64,000 nt of DNA from a virus (Duplodnaviria; Caudoviricetes). Below, piece by piece: positions 55,930 through 64,000 of the stretch; the stretch's first letter is position 1; each line of letters begins with the position of its first letter. The translations under genes were made by a program, and so were the position numbers. The notes beneath the pieces were generated by a model. It had not been told where the DNA came from and ran no database searches. It saw only the letters and a program-made list of their open reading frames with translations. Location of the stretch: positions 1,796-65,795 of the IMG/VR virus record IMGVR_UViG_3300027899_000800, one strand, 5' to 3'.

Positions 55930-56247
55930 ATGGCTAGAGTAAACAATAAACAAGGTCAATATCATATAGGAGCAGGACAACACCTTACTATTAAATCATC
56001 TTATATTGTTCAAATGAAAGATAATTTAATGTTGTTTACTGGGAATACAACTGATCCAGTGATAGAAGTATCTATTGATATTAAAGCTGATTTTGAAAAA
56101 ATACCTGTTGAATGGCATCAAACATTAATACAAATGATGATGGTTAGGTATGGAGGTGTTATTAGATGTGATGACAATACAAAACCATTTACTGTGCCGT
56201 TTAAAACAAAACGTAAATGGTATAACTTTTTAAAAATTTTTAGATAA
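55930..56247 (+). CDS. hypothetical protein
   Basis: 105 aa; upstream TTTG-N20-TATATTTA at 55894-55925. Confidence 0.65.
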   Translation: MARVNNKQGQYHIGAGQHLTIKSSYIVQMKDNLMLFTGNTTDPVIEVSIDIKADFEKIPVEWHQTLIQMMMVRYGGVIRCDDNTKPFTVPFKTKRKWYNFLKIFR

Positions 56248-56248
56248 T

Positions 56249-56506
56249 ATGTTAACAATTAAGTATTTTACAGCAACATGGTGTGGTCCATGTAAGATGT
56301 TTGGCCCAACATTTGACTCAGTGATGAATGAGACTGGAGTTAATTTTAATAAAATAGATGTAGACACTAATAAAGAATTAACTGCTAAATATATGGTATC
56401 AAGTGTTCCAACTATTATATTTGAAGTAGGTGAAAATGTTGTATATCGTCAATCTGGAGTAATGAGTCGTGGTCAATTGATTAGTACTATTCAGAAATTT
56501 AGCTAG
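56249..56506 (+). CDS. thioredoxin
   Basis: FTATWCGPCK, KIDVD, SVPT. Confidence 0.92.
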   Translation: MLTIKYFTATWCGPCKMFGPTFDSVMNETGVNFNKIDVDTNKELTAKYMVSSVPTIIFEVGENVVYRQSGVMSRGQLISTIQKFS

Positions 56507-56507
56507 T

Positions 56508-56534
56508 TTGACCTCGGTTTATACGTTAAATTTA
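56508..56534 (+). promoter_or_regulatory. phage promoter TTGACC-N13-TAAATTTA
   Basis: Recurrent motif. Confidence 0.6.
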
Positions 56535-56557
56535 TTGTATAATAAAAATTAAAAATT

Positions 56558-57346
56558 ATGAGTAACGTATTCACAGAATTGACCATGGAGCAGGTCAAAC
56601 AAGCAGCTCCGAGTATTTTTCAGACAAAACAGAAAGCTAACCTAAGTGAACATTACGTTCATATTCCGACCGACAGAGTAATAAATGATATGATGTCGTT
56701 GGGTTGGAAACCGTGCCAAGCGGTTGAGATTAAAGCTCGTAAAAAATCTACTAAAGGTTATCAACGACACATGATTAAGTTTTTTAATCCGGACATTGTA
56801 ATTGAAGGTGTTAATGGAGATGATGTATTTCCACAAATATTATTAACAAATAGTCATGATGGATTAAGCTCATTTAAGTTTCAAATTGGGTTATTTAGAT
56901 TAGTATGTTCAAATGGATTGGTAGTTATGGACACTAGTTATGGTGATTTTAAATTACGCCATATGGGATATACATTTGCTGAATTAACTGAAAAGATTAA
57001 TGAAGCAGTTGGATCGTTTCCAGGACTAGTTGAAAAAATTAACAAATTTCAAAATATTGAATTAAGTGATAAACAAGTAACTAAATTTGCTGAAAAAGCA
57101 TCTAAAGTTAGGTTTGGTGAAGGTGTTAAAGTTGATTTGAATGAATTACTAGTAGCTGAACGTAAAGCTGATGAGGGTAATAATTTATGGGTTGTGTTTA
57201 ATAGAGTGCAAGAAAAATTAATCAGCGGCGGCTGTAGTTATATGAATGGAGCTAAGACGCGTAAAGCTAGAGCGGTTAAGAATTTTAGCCAGGATTTGAA
57301 GATTAATGAGGCGTTATGGGAATTGGCTGAGGAGTTTGTTAAATAA
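56558..57346 (+). CDS. DUF932/DUF945 family protein
   Basis: APSIF, Y.HIPT, LTNSHDG.SSF, GLFRLVCSNGL, LWVVFNRVQE, N.ALW.LAE. Confidence 0.85.
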   Translation: MSNVFTELTMEQVKQAAPSIFQTKQKANLSEHYVHIPTDRVINDMMSLGWKPCQAVEIKARKKSTKGYQRHMIKFFNPDIVIEGVNGDDVFPQILLTNSHDGLSSFKFQIGLFRLVCSNGLVVMDTSYGDFKLRHMGYTFAELTEKINEAVGSFPGLVEKINKFQNIELSDKQVTKFAEKASKVRFGEGVKVDLNELLVAERKADEGNNLWVVFNRVQEKLISGGCSYMNGAKTRKARAVKNFSQDLKINEALWELAEEFVK

Positions 57347-57387
57347 ACACTCCGCTTCATCTGGTATATTTATATCAAATACTAACT

Positions 57388-57711
57388 ATGGTGTTTAAAT
57401 TTGATTCAATTGAGGAGTTTAAGAAACAAATAGAAAGTAAAGATATAAGTATATCAGTTGAGGTATATAATCAAATCAAAAAAGCGTTTAATGATAAACG
57501 CAAGCGTAGACAGGTAAAAGCATTTACGCTTCATATAAAAAAAGAAATGGTTGAGTTTATACTTAATCGTGATCAGTGGGTTGTGTCTCTTAATACTTGT
57601 TTAAATGTGTTTTCAGAAAATGATATGTTCGAAGAATGTATTGAAATTCAAAAAATGTTAAAAGAATTAAACAATGAACACGGTAGACATAAACAGGAAG
57701 AACGCAGTTAA
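57388..57711 (+). CDS. hypothetical protein, paralog-like to 53338-53658
   Basis: W..SL..C...F.E.D.FE.C..I. Confidence 0.6.
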   Translation: MVFKFDSIEEFKKQIESKDISISVEVYNQIKKAFNDKRKRRQVKAFTLHIKKEMVEFILNRDQWVVSLNTCLNVFSENDMFEECIEIQKMLKELNNEHGRHKQEERS

Positions 57712-58063
57712 GATTTTTGAATGGTGTAAAAAAACATTTGGTGCTAGCACTATAAATGGTACTTACCCTAAATTGATATTTCATAAGAAAGGTGAATGGG
57801 CAGGGTATTATGATGTTTATAAAAATGAAATTCATGTCTATAAGGGTAAACATAGAACATTTATGGGATTTATAGGTACTGTTATTCATGAATATACTCA
57901 TTACCATCAGAGTATAAAACGAAAATATAATAAGTTACAAGAAATGTATAGTTATAAAAACCATCCGATGGAACGTGAGGCTAATAGGATGGAGAGAAAA
58001 TATAAATGGATGTGTTATTATGAGGTATTTAGTCCTCATGATGTATTTAAAGACGATATTTAA
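57674..58063 (+). CDS. zincin-like (HExxH) metalloprotease-like protein
   Basis: G.Y.....I, TVIHEYTHYHQ, Y.NHP.E.EA. Confidence 0.7.
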   Translation: MNTVDINRKNAVKIFEWCKKTFGASTINGTYPKLIFHKKGEWAGYYDVYKNEIHVYKGKHRTFMGFIGTVIHEYTHYHQSIKRKYNKLQEMYSYKNHPMEREANRMERKYKWMCYYEVFSPHDVFKDDI

Positions 58064-58093
58064 CTTTGTGTTCATACTTTTAATTTTTATTTC

Positions 58094-58127
58094 GCCCCGG
58101 CTATTCTTAGTCAGGGGCTCTTTTTTT
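58094..58127 (+). terminator. intrinsic terminator
   Basis: GCCCCGGCTA-TTCT-TAGTCAGGGGC followed by TCTTTTTTT. Confidence 0.8.
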
Positions 58128-58179
58128 ATATTTATTGTAGACATTTATTCTTAATTAAATAACCCTTTATGTGTGACCG

Positions 58180-58533
58180 ATGCAAAAAAATCCATTTGAA
58201 AAACTCGCAGACAAACTTCTCAATCGAGATAAAAAGGGACAAGATCTCAAAAAATATAATATCAATCTAAATGGTATATTAGGTGATGATATTGATTATG
58301 ATGAACTTCAATATAATGAGCATCGTAAATTAATAGGCATAGCTAAAACTTGTTTAAGTAGTCAATTACATTTCTGGATAGCTAAAAGTGGTGATTTTAA
58401 ATCTCGAATAGACGATTTACAACGTGATATTAAACAAGCTGCTAACATATGTGAACGTATTACAAAAAAGTTACATACGTCTGATGATATTACAAAACTC
58501 CGTAATATATTAACTAAACACGGCTGTATTTGA
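58180..58533 (+). CDS. hypothetical protein
   Basis: 117 aa ORF after an ATATTTAT motif. Confidence 0.6.
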   Translation: MQKNPFEKLADKLLNRDKKGQDLKKYNINLNGILGDDIDYDELQYNEHRKLIGIAKTCLSSQLHFWIAKSGDFKSRIDDLQRDIKQAANICERITKKLHTSDDITKLRNILTKHGCI

Positions 58534-58560
58534 TTGACCGTGACTCATATGCTATATTTA
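58529..58560 (+). promoter_or_regulatory. promoter TTTG-A-TTGACC-N13-TATATTTA
   Basis: Fits both TTTG-N20-TAnnTTTA and TTGACC-N13. Confidence 0.65.
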
Positions 58561-58582
58561 ATTATAAATAAAAATTAAGTAT

Positions 58583-58768
58583 ATGACGTTAAAAGAGTTA
58601 ATGGATCTAGAATTTAAACTAACCAAGGTTTATATGGAGAATAAAACCGTTGACAATTGGAATAAATTAGTTGAAATTAGAGAATTAGGTCAAGTAATGG
58701 AGATGGAGCGTGAATATGAAATGGAGATGATAGGTAGAGAAGCAATTAATACCCAATGGGATTTTTAA
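58583..58768 (+). CDS. hypothetical protein
   Basis: 61 aa, own promoter. Confidence 0.6.
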   Translation: MTLKELMDLEFKLTKVYMENKTVDNWNKLVEIRELGQVMEMEREYEMEMIGREAINTQWDF

Positions 58769-58795
58769 TTGACCGGGATTAATTCACTATATTTA
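58769..58795 (+). promoter_or_regulatory. phage promoter TTGACC-N13-TATATTTA
   Basis: Followed by attataaataaaaattaag, identical to the sequence after the 58529 promoter. Confidence 0.65.
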
Positions 58796-58817
58796 ATTAT
58801 AAATAAAAATTAAGGTT

Positions 58818-59051
58818 ATGAGATTACATTTAGACACAATTAAGAAAATTGAAACTGAGTTTGGAGGATTTGATATATCACAAGTTATAGGTGGTGATAA
58901 TGATGTGTATTTAAGATTTGGTTATTGGCAATCAGTTAGTAAAGGTAAATTACAAGAAATTGTAGGACATGGTATTAAAGTAGTAGAAGATAGCATCTAT
59001 GATGATGATTGTGGTGAATTATATAGTTACAAACTTAAAAATCCATTTTAA
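58818..59051 (+). CDS. hypothetical protein
   Basis: 77 aa; LRFGYW, DDDCG..Y.Y. Confidence 0.65.
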   Translation: MRLHLDTIKKIETEFGGFDISQVIGGDNDVYLRFGYWQSVSKGKLQEIVGHGIKVVEDSIYDDDCGELYSYKLKNPF

Positions 59052-59052
59052 T

Positions 59053-59280
59053 ATGTTTACTAAAAACAATTTTCCACAATACGATGGTTTGTATTATGTA
59101 GGTAATATAGTTGATGTAGATGGGGATGGATGGGTTAATGAAGAGCAATTAGAATTGATTATTGAGGAGTTAAATAATGGTGTTGATGATGGACCTATAA
59201 TCATATTCAGACCTGAGTTAGCTTATGTATCATTTACAAGTAATCAAGACGATAAAATAAATTTTATACATTTAAATTAA
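59053..59280 (+). CDS. hypothetical protein (ATG start at 59053)
   Basis: Acidic 75 aa ORF. Confidence 0.55.
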   Translation: MFTKNNFPQYDGLYYVGNIVDVDGDGWVNEEQLELIIEELNNGVDDGPIIIFRPELAYVSFTSNQDDKINFIHLN

Positions 59281-59284
59281 AGTT

Positions 59285-60145
59285 ATGAACACCAAACAGT
59301 TTTTGTACGACACACTTAAATCTCAACTTGATATTAAAAAAAGTGAATGTGATAAATATGATAATGAAATTTACCAACCAGCACTAAATGAATTAACTAC
59401 TAAAGTTAATAGGTGGTTTGTTGATAATATAAAAGGAACATATGTGTCATTTGATTTTAAAGGTAGTGATATTGAAATTAGAACAAGTGACATTGATAGA
59501 TATGATTACACAATTACATTACAATATCAATCTAATTTTAGAAGATCCAATAATACTCCTGAATTAGCTGTTATTTATCGATCTAATAACATGTATGGAA
59601 GTAATAGTAATGAGGTTTTAAATCATTTAAATGTGTTAAATGGTATTGCTAATAAGTACTCAATCATTGGTGATTTAATAGCAAATGATTGGTCAAAAAA
59701 TTATAATGAGTTACAAACCAATAGAATTAAATCTCAAGAAGATTATAATACATTAGATAAAGCCTTAAATACTTTAAAGTATGAAATACAAGGTGATAAA
59801 ATAGCATCAATGTTAGAGATTGGTTTTGGAATAACTTCACTTAAAAAATCATTACATTGTAATTATGAAAATGAATTGGTTGAAAGAAATAAAAGTATAG
59901 AATTACAATATGGTCGTTCAAAATACGATACTACTTATGCTCATGGTTTTAAAGTGTTAAGTAAAAAAGGTAATAAATATAAAATAGTTGTATATTTTGA
60001 AGATGGAAGACAAAGAGAATATGATGTGTTAGAGAAAAAATTTAAAGACTTTGTTGATAAAGTTTATTCTTGGGAATATGAACAAGCTGATAGACATAAT
60101 GAAAATGAAACAAAACGTTATAAATCAAGATTAAAAACAGCTTAA
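59285..60145 (+). CDS. hypothetical protein
   Basis: 286 aa ORF with an aaagttATG leader. Confidence 0.75.
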   Translation: MNTKQFLYDTLKSQLDIKKSECDKYDNEIYQPALNELTTKVNRWFVDNIKGTYVSFDFKGSDIEIRTSDIDRYDYTITLQYQSNFRRSNNTPELAVIYRSNNMYGSNSNEVLNHLNVLNGIANKYSIIGDLIANDWSKNYNELQTNRIKSQEDYNTLDKALNTLKYEIQGDKIASMLEIGFGITSLKKSLHCNYENELVERNKSIELQYGRSKYDTTYAHGFKVLSKKGNKYKIVVYFEDGRQREYDVLEKKFKDFVDKVYSWEYEQADRHNENETKRYKSRLKTA

Positions 60146-60188
60146 GTGACCTAAATAAAGATTATAAATTAAAATAAAATAAAAAGTT

Positions 60189-60410
60189 ATGTCAAACAAA
60201 AAATTTATTATTGAGAAAGAAACTGAATGGAAAGATGGTGAGATTAAAAATTGGTACTATATTAAACTAATTGAGGGTACTCGCCAAACACTTATTCATT
60301 TAACAAGTGATGAAGATGAAGCTAATAAGTTATTTGAATCAGCTGTCACTAGTTACACTAAATCATCTAAAACAATAATTAGAGAACATGAGATCGAAGA
60401 GAGTAAATGA
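60189..60410 (+). CDS. hypothetical protein
   Basis: 73 aa, after TGACC-N13-TAAATTAA at 60147-60172. Confidence 0.65.
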   Translation: MSNKKFIIEKETEWKDGEIKNWYYIKLIEGTRQTLIHLTSDEDEANKLFESAVTSYTKSSKTIIREHEIEESK

Positions 60411-60663
60411 TGAACAATTGTTCAAAATGCTCATTGATGAAATGTTTATAATTGCTGGTCACACTGATATTCAATATGAGGACATTGTTGATAGAAAAGA
60501 TAATTGGTTTCAAGAATATACAATGACTGTTGAACAAAATGAACAGTGGAAAGAATCAGCAATTAAAATAATAATGAGAGAAAAACGTTGGCCTAAATAT
60601 AGAGCCAAACGTGAAATGGATTGGGTTAGTCTTTGTTATGGACTTAAATTAATAAACTATTAA
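60388..60663 (+). CDS. conserved phage hypothetical protein
   Basis: LI.EMF.IAGH....YEDI..RKD.WF..YTMT. Confidence 0.65.
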   Translation: MRSKRVNDEQLFKMLIDEMFIIAGHTDIQYEDIVDRKDNWFQEYTMTVEQNEQWKESAIKIIMREKRWPKYRAKREMDWVSLCYGLKLINY

Positions 60664-60666
60664 ATT

Positions 60667-61077
60667 ATGGCACGTTTTACATATCATACAGTAGGTTATG
60701 GTGTATTTAGTTTACTAGGTGAACGATACAGGATGGGCAGAATAGAAATATTTGATAATCAAAATGAAAGTGGTTATGCTGTTTCAGAAGGAGAGTATTG
60801 TATGCCGTTTGAAGCAGCTCATAAGTTTGAAGAGTTTATAGAAGCACTAACAACAGATCTACCAATACAAATCGGTATTGGTTCAGTTAAGTGGTGTATT
60901 AAGGAATGTGCTAATGAGTTAGGTATCGATCCTGAACTAATGCATGATGATGAGACTAAAAAAGCATATTGGAGAGAGAAAAATAATCAATGGGCTGTAG
61001 AACAAGGTTACAAAGATTGGGATGATTTAGTAGCCCATTCCGTATTTGCACCTAAAAATAAAGACAATAATAATTAA
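60667..61077 (+). CDS. hypothetical protein
   Basis: 136 aa ORF. Confidence 0.65.
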   Translation: MARFTYHTVGYGVFSLLGERYRMGRIEIFDNQNESGYAVSEGEYCMPFEAAHKFEEFIEALTTDLPIQIGIGSVKWCIKECANELGIDPELMHDDETKKAYWREKNNQWAVEQGYKDWDDLVAHSVFAPKNKDNNN

Positions 61078-61087
61078 ATTAAATAAT

Positions 61088-61163
61088 AGTCAGGTGGGCG
61101 TAATGAGGAACGGTTCCGAGTCCAGTAATGGTTGCTTATCCGGTTCGAGTCCGGCCCTGACTA
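61088..61163 (+). ncRNA. tRNA-like RNA without a canonical anticodon arm
   Basis: Acceptor AGTCAGG/CCTGACT plus ACA; T-arm CCGG-TTCGAGT-CCGG; GC-rich island in an AT-rich intergenic space. Confidence 0.65.
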
Positions 61164-61176
61164 CAAAAAATAAACT

Positions 61177-61374
61177 ATGGAACTAAAAGATGTATTGTAT
61201 AAAGATTTAAGTGAATTTATGCCAAAGAATATTAAAATGGTTGATAATAGTAATAATGATATACTACAACATATACTCACAATAAAAACAAGAGGTAATT
61301 TTTTATGGAGATTATGGTTTTTATTTTCTGCACCTATTATTTGGTTATATAAAGGGACAATAAAAATTAAATAG
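61177..61374 (+). CDS. hypothetical protein
   Basis: 65 aa ORF. Confidence 0.55.
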   Translation: MELKDVLYKDLSEFMPKNIKMVDNSNNDILQHILTIKTRGNFLWRLWFLFSAPIIWLYKGTIKIK

Positions 61375-61376
61375 CT

Positions 61377-61661
61377 ATGGAACAACAAACAGCAGTAGAA
61401 TACTTATTTGAGCAACTACCTATAAGAATGCAAAACTATCTACAAAAGGAGATAGAAGTAGCTAAAGAAATGGAAAAGGCTCAACGTATTAAGGATTATA
61501 ATGCGGGTTATGACGATGCGCAATGTAATCATATTAACGATGCAGAAAATTATATCAATGAATCCGATTATATAAACTCGGTGATTGAAAGTGAACCATT
61601 AACTGATATTGATCGTAAAGCTATTAGTGATTATATTAATAATGAAATAAAAAATAAGTAA
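61377..61661 (+). CDS. hypothetical protein (QTAVE-type small phage protein)
   Basis: QQTAVEYL...AKEMEK.Q....Y..G pattern. Confidence 0.65.
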   Translation: MEQQTAVEYLFEQLPIRMQNYLQKEIEVAKEMEKAQRIKDYNAGYDDAQCNHINDAENYINESDYINSVIESEPLTDIDRKAISDYINNEIKNK

Positions 61662-61876
61662 TGACAGTTAAAGAATTAATAGAAAAACTACAACAACTCG
61701 ATCCTGAACTGCATGTGTTTGTAGATGGATATGAGGGTGGATATGATGATGTAGCTATAAGTGAAGTTAAATTTATAGCATTAAATGTTCATAGTGATTG
61801 GTATTATGGTAAACATGACAATGCAGATGATGATAGATTTATTGACGCAACAGTTGTAAAAGGAGTTATATTATGA
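61661..61876 (+). CDS. hypothetical protein
   Basis: MTVKELIEKLQQLDPE..V.V.GYEGG. Confidence 0.7.
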   Translation: MTVKELIEKLQQLDPELHVFVDGYEGGYDDVAISEVKFIALNVHSDWYYGKHDNADDDRFIDATVVKGVIL

Positions 61877-62187
61877 TTACACACACCGGTAAGGGCAGGC
61901 CTAAAGAAATGCAGCTCGAAGACATGCCACGCAAATTCCTACGTATATACGAAGATGATGATACAACTGAGACATGGAAGTATGATTTAAATAAGTTTGA
62001 ACGTGGTCCAATTGAAGTAGACATTAAGTGGAAAAATGGCTTAGACAAGCCTAAGAATTGGAATAAAATGCAAAAGGAAGCTAAAAACGAACGCAGAAGC
62101 GATCGACAAATGAAAAAAATAAATGAAAAAGCAAACAACAAAAAAGGAAAGACCAAAACCAACACCACGATTAAAGATAGAAATTAA
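61873..62187 (+). CDS. hypothetical protein
   Basis: 104 aa; W.YDL.K..RGP..V. Confidence 0.6.
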   Translation: MITHTGKGRPKEMQLEDMPRKFLRIYEDDDTTETWKYDLNKFERGPIEVDIKWKNGLDKPKNWNKMQKEAKNERRSDRQMKKINEKANNKKGKTKTNTTIKDRN

Positions 62188-62362
62188 TCAGGGACATTAT
62201 ATTGAATTGTTGGATAGAACTCATGTAGCGTGTATGATGATTGATACACATTTAGTAAATCATCCTTTGGCTACTGTAGATCAAGATATTAAATTAATGT
62301 TAGAAAAAGCGTTAGAAAAATTATATGAGGCATATCAATTAATAGGAACTAAATCATTATAA
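62123..62362 (+). CDS. hypothetical protein
   Basis: HY.E.LDR.HV....ID.HL..HP. Confidence 0.6.
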   Translation: MKKQTTKKERPKPTPRLKIEINQGHYIELLDRTHVACMMIDTHLVNHPLATVDQDIKLMLEKALEKLYEAYQLIGTKSL

Positions 62363-62364
62363 CA

Positions 62365-62487
62365 ATGTATAATAAAAGGAATAGATTAAATAAATTAGAA
62401 GACATTGGGTTCTTTGTAGCGTTAATGTTTGCATCAATTGTAATTGGGTTTGAAATAATAAGGTTAATATCTAAATTTCTTATGTAA
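62365..62487 (+). CDS. 40 aa TM peptide, not in the ORF track
   Basis: MYNKRNRLNKLEDIGFFVALMFASIVIGFEIIRLISKFLM fills the gap; stop overlaps the next ATG. Confidence 0.5.
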   Translation: MYNKRNRLNKLEDIGFFVALMFASIVIGFEIIRLISKFLM

Positions 62488-62711
62488 TGATAGGAGCAAG
62501 ATATGGATGGTATAAAAATATAATAACAAGACATAAATCAAAATATAGTGAGTATGAACAAGACATGGCTACGATTGTTGGATTGGAATTAGAAATGACA
62601 CTAGCAATATCAGGTGGACATAAAGCATCGGATAGTGATAAATTTAAACAACATAGAGAAACATTAAAGCAATTGAGGGAAAAACATAATTTAAAACGAC
62701 GCGCACAATGA
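62487..62711 (+). CDS. hypothetical protein
   Basis: 74 aa coupled ORF. Confidence 0.55.
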   Translation: MIGARYGWYKNIITRHKSKYSEYEQDMATIVGLELEMTLAISGGHKASDSDKFKQHRETLKQLREKHNLKRRAQ

Positions 62712-62935
62712 GGTTTAAAGCATGCTATACATGTAATATTAAGTGGCCATTGTTTATGTTTAAAACAGACAGACGTAAATTTCAACTTAAAATAGCATTA
62801 GGTAAAGTTAGAAACTGTAAAATATGTTCACATAAGGAATCGAGGCATGAGGTAGTTAGGTATAACTTTAATATAAACAAGTTTGAGATAGTTAAACTAA
62901 CTTGGAAACAACGATTAAAAGAATTAATAAAATAA
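62708..62935 (+). CDS. small zinc-finger protein
   Basis: CYTC...CKIC. Confidence 0.6.
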   Translation: MRFKACYTCNIKWPLFMFKTDRRKFQLKIALGKVRNCKICSHKESRHEVVRYNFNINKFEIVKLTWKQRLKELIK

Positions 62936-62942
62936 ACCAATA

Positions 62943-63158
62943 ATGAAAAACAAAATCATCGCATTAATAATCATATTAACAATTAGCAGTTGCTCGTTGT
63001 TTAATAAATCATATACAACGTATAGCGGATGTCCGGTTAACACACCACGTTATTTCTTTAAGAAAAATGGGACGAGAATGACTTGGCAATATAAACAACA
63101 ATCAATAACACATGGTTATAGAGCATTAAATAGATATAAACGTAGAGTAAATAGATAA
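62943..63158 (+). CDS. small lipoprotein
   Basis: MKNK...ISSC lipobox. Confidence 0.6.
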   Translation: MKNKIIALIIILTISSCSLFNKSYTTYSGCPVNTPRYFFKKNGTRMTWQYKQQSITHGYRALNRYKRRVNR

Positions 63159-63161
63159 AAT

Positions 63162-63374
63162 ATGACACCACAAGAGAAAGCAAAAGGATTGGTTGATAGT
63201 ATCTACTTAATAATATCAAACAACGGACAGTACACAGGGGAACACTCCATTCCATTCAAGTTTGAAGAAGCAAAGAAGTGTTCATTAATAGCAGTGGATG
63301 AGATTTCAGAACATTGTTATCAAGTGATGAAACCATTTTGGTTAGAAGTAAAACAAGAAATAGAAAAACTATGA
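63162..63374 (+). CDS. hypothetical protein
   Basis: MTPQEKA..L...AK.C.LIAVDEI...W.EVKQEIEKL pattern. Confidence 0.7.
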   Translation: MTPQEKAKGLVDSIYLIISNNGQYTGEHSIPFKFEEAKKCSLIAVDEISEHCYQVMKPFWLEVKQEIEKL

Positions 63375-63583
63375 CAACAGAACAAATTAGAGCATTAGCT
63401 GAAAAAAGTTGGGAAGGATGTCATGGTTGTGATAATAGTGATAGAAACTTTTGGATTAATGGATTTATGATTGGCTATTTAAATGCTAGGATGGATAGGC
63501 TTGATAAAGACATACAAACGTCTAGAGATAAAATAACAACAATATTAATAAATGGGGATAATAGTAGCGTGCCTAATAATTAA
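63371..63583 (+). CDS. hypothetical protein (ATG start at 63371)
   Basis: ATGA overlap; LAE..WEGC.GC. Confidence 0.6.
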   Translation: MTTEQIRALAEKSWEGCHGCDNSDRNFWINGFMIGYLNARMDRLDKDIQTSRDKITTILINGDNSSVPNN

Positions 63584-63699
63584 TAGTTTGTTTCTATCGT
63601 TTATAATTACTCAAGTGTATCATGATAACGATATGACAGACTGGCCTATACCTAAATAATAAACTATAAAACAACAAACTATAAAACAAATCCAGGAAC

Positions 63700-63939
63700 A
63701 TGAGCAACACATTAATTAAGTTAACGGACGCGGCTAACAATACGGTGTACGTCAATACAGAATATATCGAGGCAATATACGTGCCGGATAAAAATAAAAA
63801 CGCTACGTGTATCAAAATGGCTATGGGCGGATATGAGTATACGGTGATAAAGACGATGGACGAGGTAATAGGAGCCATAAATAAAACCACGAGAGCATCG
63901 CTTAAATTGGCTAGTATAAAGGGTGACACACAGTTATAG
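63700..63939 (+). CDS. FlbD-like small protein
   Basis: LIKLT......VYVN...IEAI, V..TM.EV...I; visibly higher GC than neighbours. Confidence 0.5.
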   Translation: MSNTLIKLTDAANNTVYVNTEYIEAIYVPDKNKNATCIKMAMGGYEYTVIKTMDEVIGAINKTTRASLKLASIKGDTQL

Positions 63940-64000
63940 TAGGTGACAGACGGGTGGGTTAAACGTTGGTATGTGGCGTATAGGGTATGTTAGGTGCGTA

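Noticed and set aside
695-63929. Minus-strand and alternate-frame ORFs in the track (e.g. 695-901, 7483-7701, 7977-8216, 10035-10295, 18839-19171, 21788-22069, 24379-24579, 25937-26170, 30123-30359, 38552-38770, 57590-57907, 61866-62168, 63594-63929)
   Set aside because: They overlap well-supported + strand genes, have no motifs, and show the I/L/F/S-rich composition of shadow frames
1-64000. Stop-codon reassignment, as in some Bacteroidota phages
   Set aside because: Long conserved genes are intact in code 11, TAG and TGA terminate genes normally (e.g. thioredoxin ends TAG), and no suppressor tRNA was seen

Overview
This AT-rich (roughly 27-28% GC by eye), gene-dense window runs almost entirely on the + strand. 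It comes from a large tailed-phage genome that most likely infects Bacteroidota: promoters match TTTG-N20-TAnnTTT(A/G), leaders are A-rich without Shine-Dalgarno sites, and several proteins carry lipoprotein signals. It uses genetic code 11 with no sign of recoding. Contents are: (i) T4-like replication and nucleotide genes (DnaB-like helicase end, class II RNR, PolB, sliding clamp, two clamp-loader subunits, dUTPase-like, Cas4-like nuclease); (ii) a 7-deazaguanine DNA-modification cluster (QueD, DpdA/TGT-fold, QueC, QueE, FolE, PRTase, DUF6884-like); (iii) two glycan-building islands (11.7-23.9 kb and 40.4-53.3 kb) with GT60-like GlcNAc transferases, Gmd, two carbamoyltransferases, an LCIB-type carbonic anhydrase and a 3,6-dideoxyhexose E1 enzyme; (iv) Hsp20/GroES/GroEL; (v) an RNA cluster (tRNA-Leu, tmRNA with a very long tag, HNH); (vi) many small accessory genes. 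The most unusual unexplained signals are two tRNA-shaped RNAs that share one acceptor stem but carry different non-tRNA interiors, and two genes (hsp20 and a membrane coiled-coil gene) each bracketed by long-range inverted repeats. All family calls come from motif recognition by eye, not database searches.
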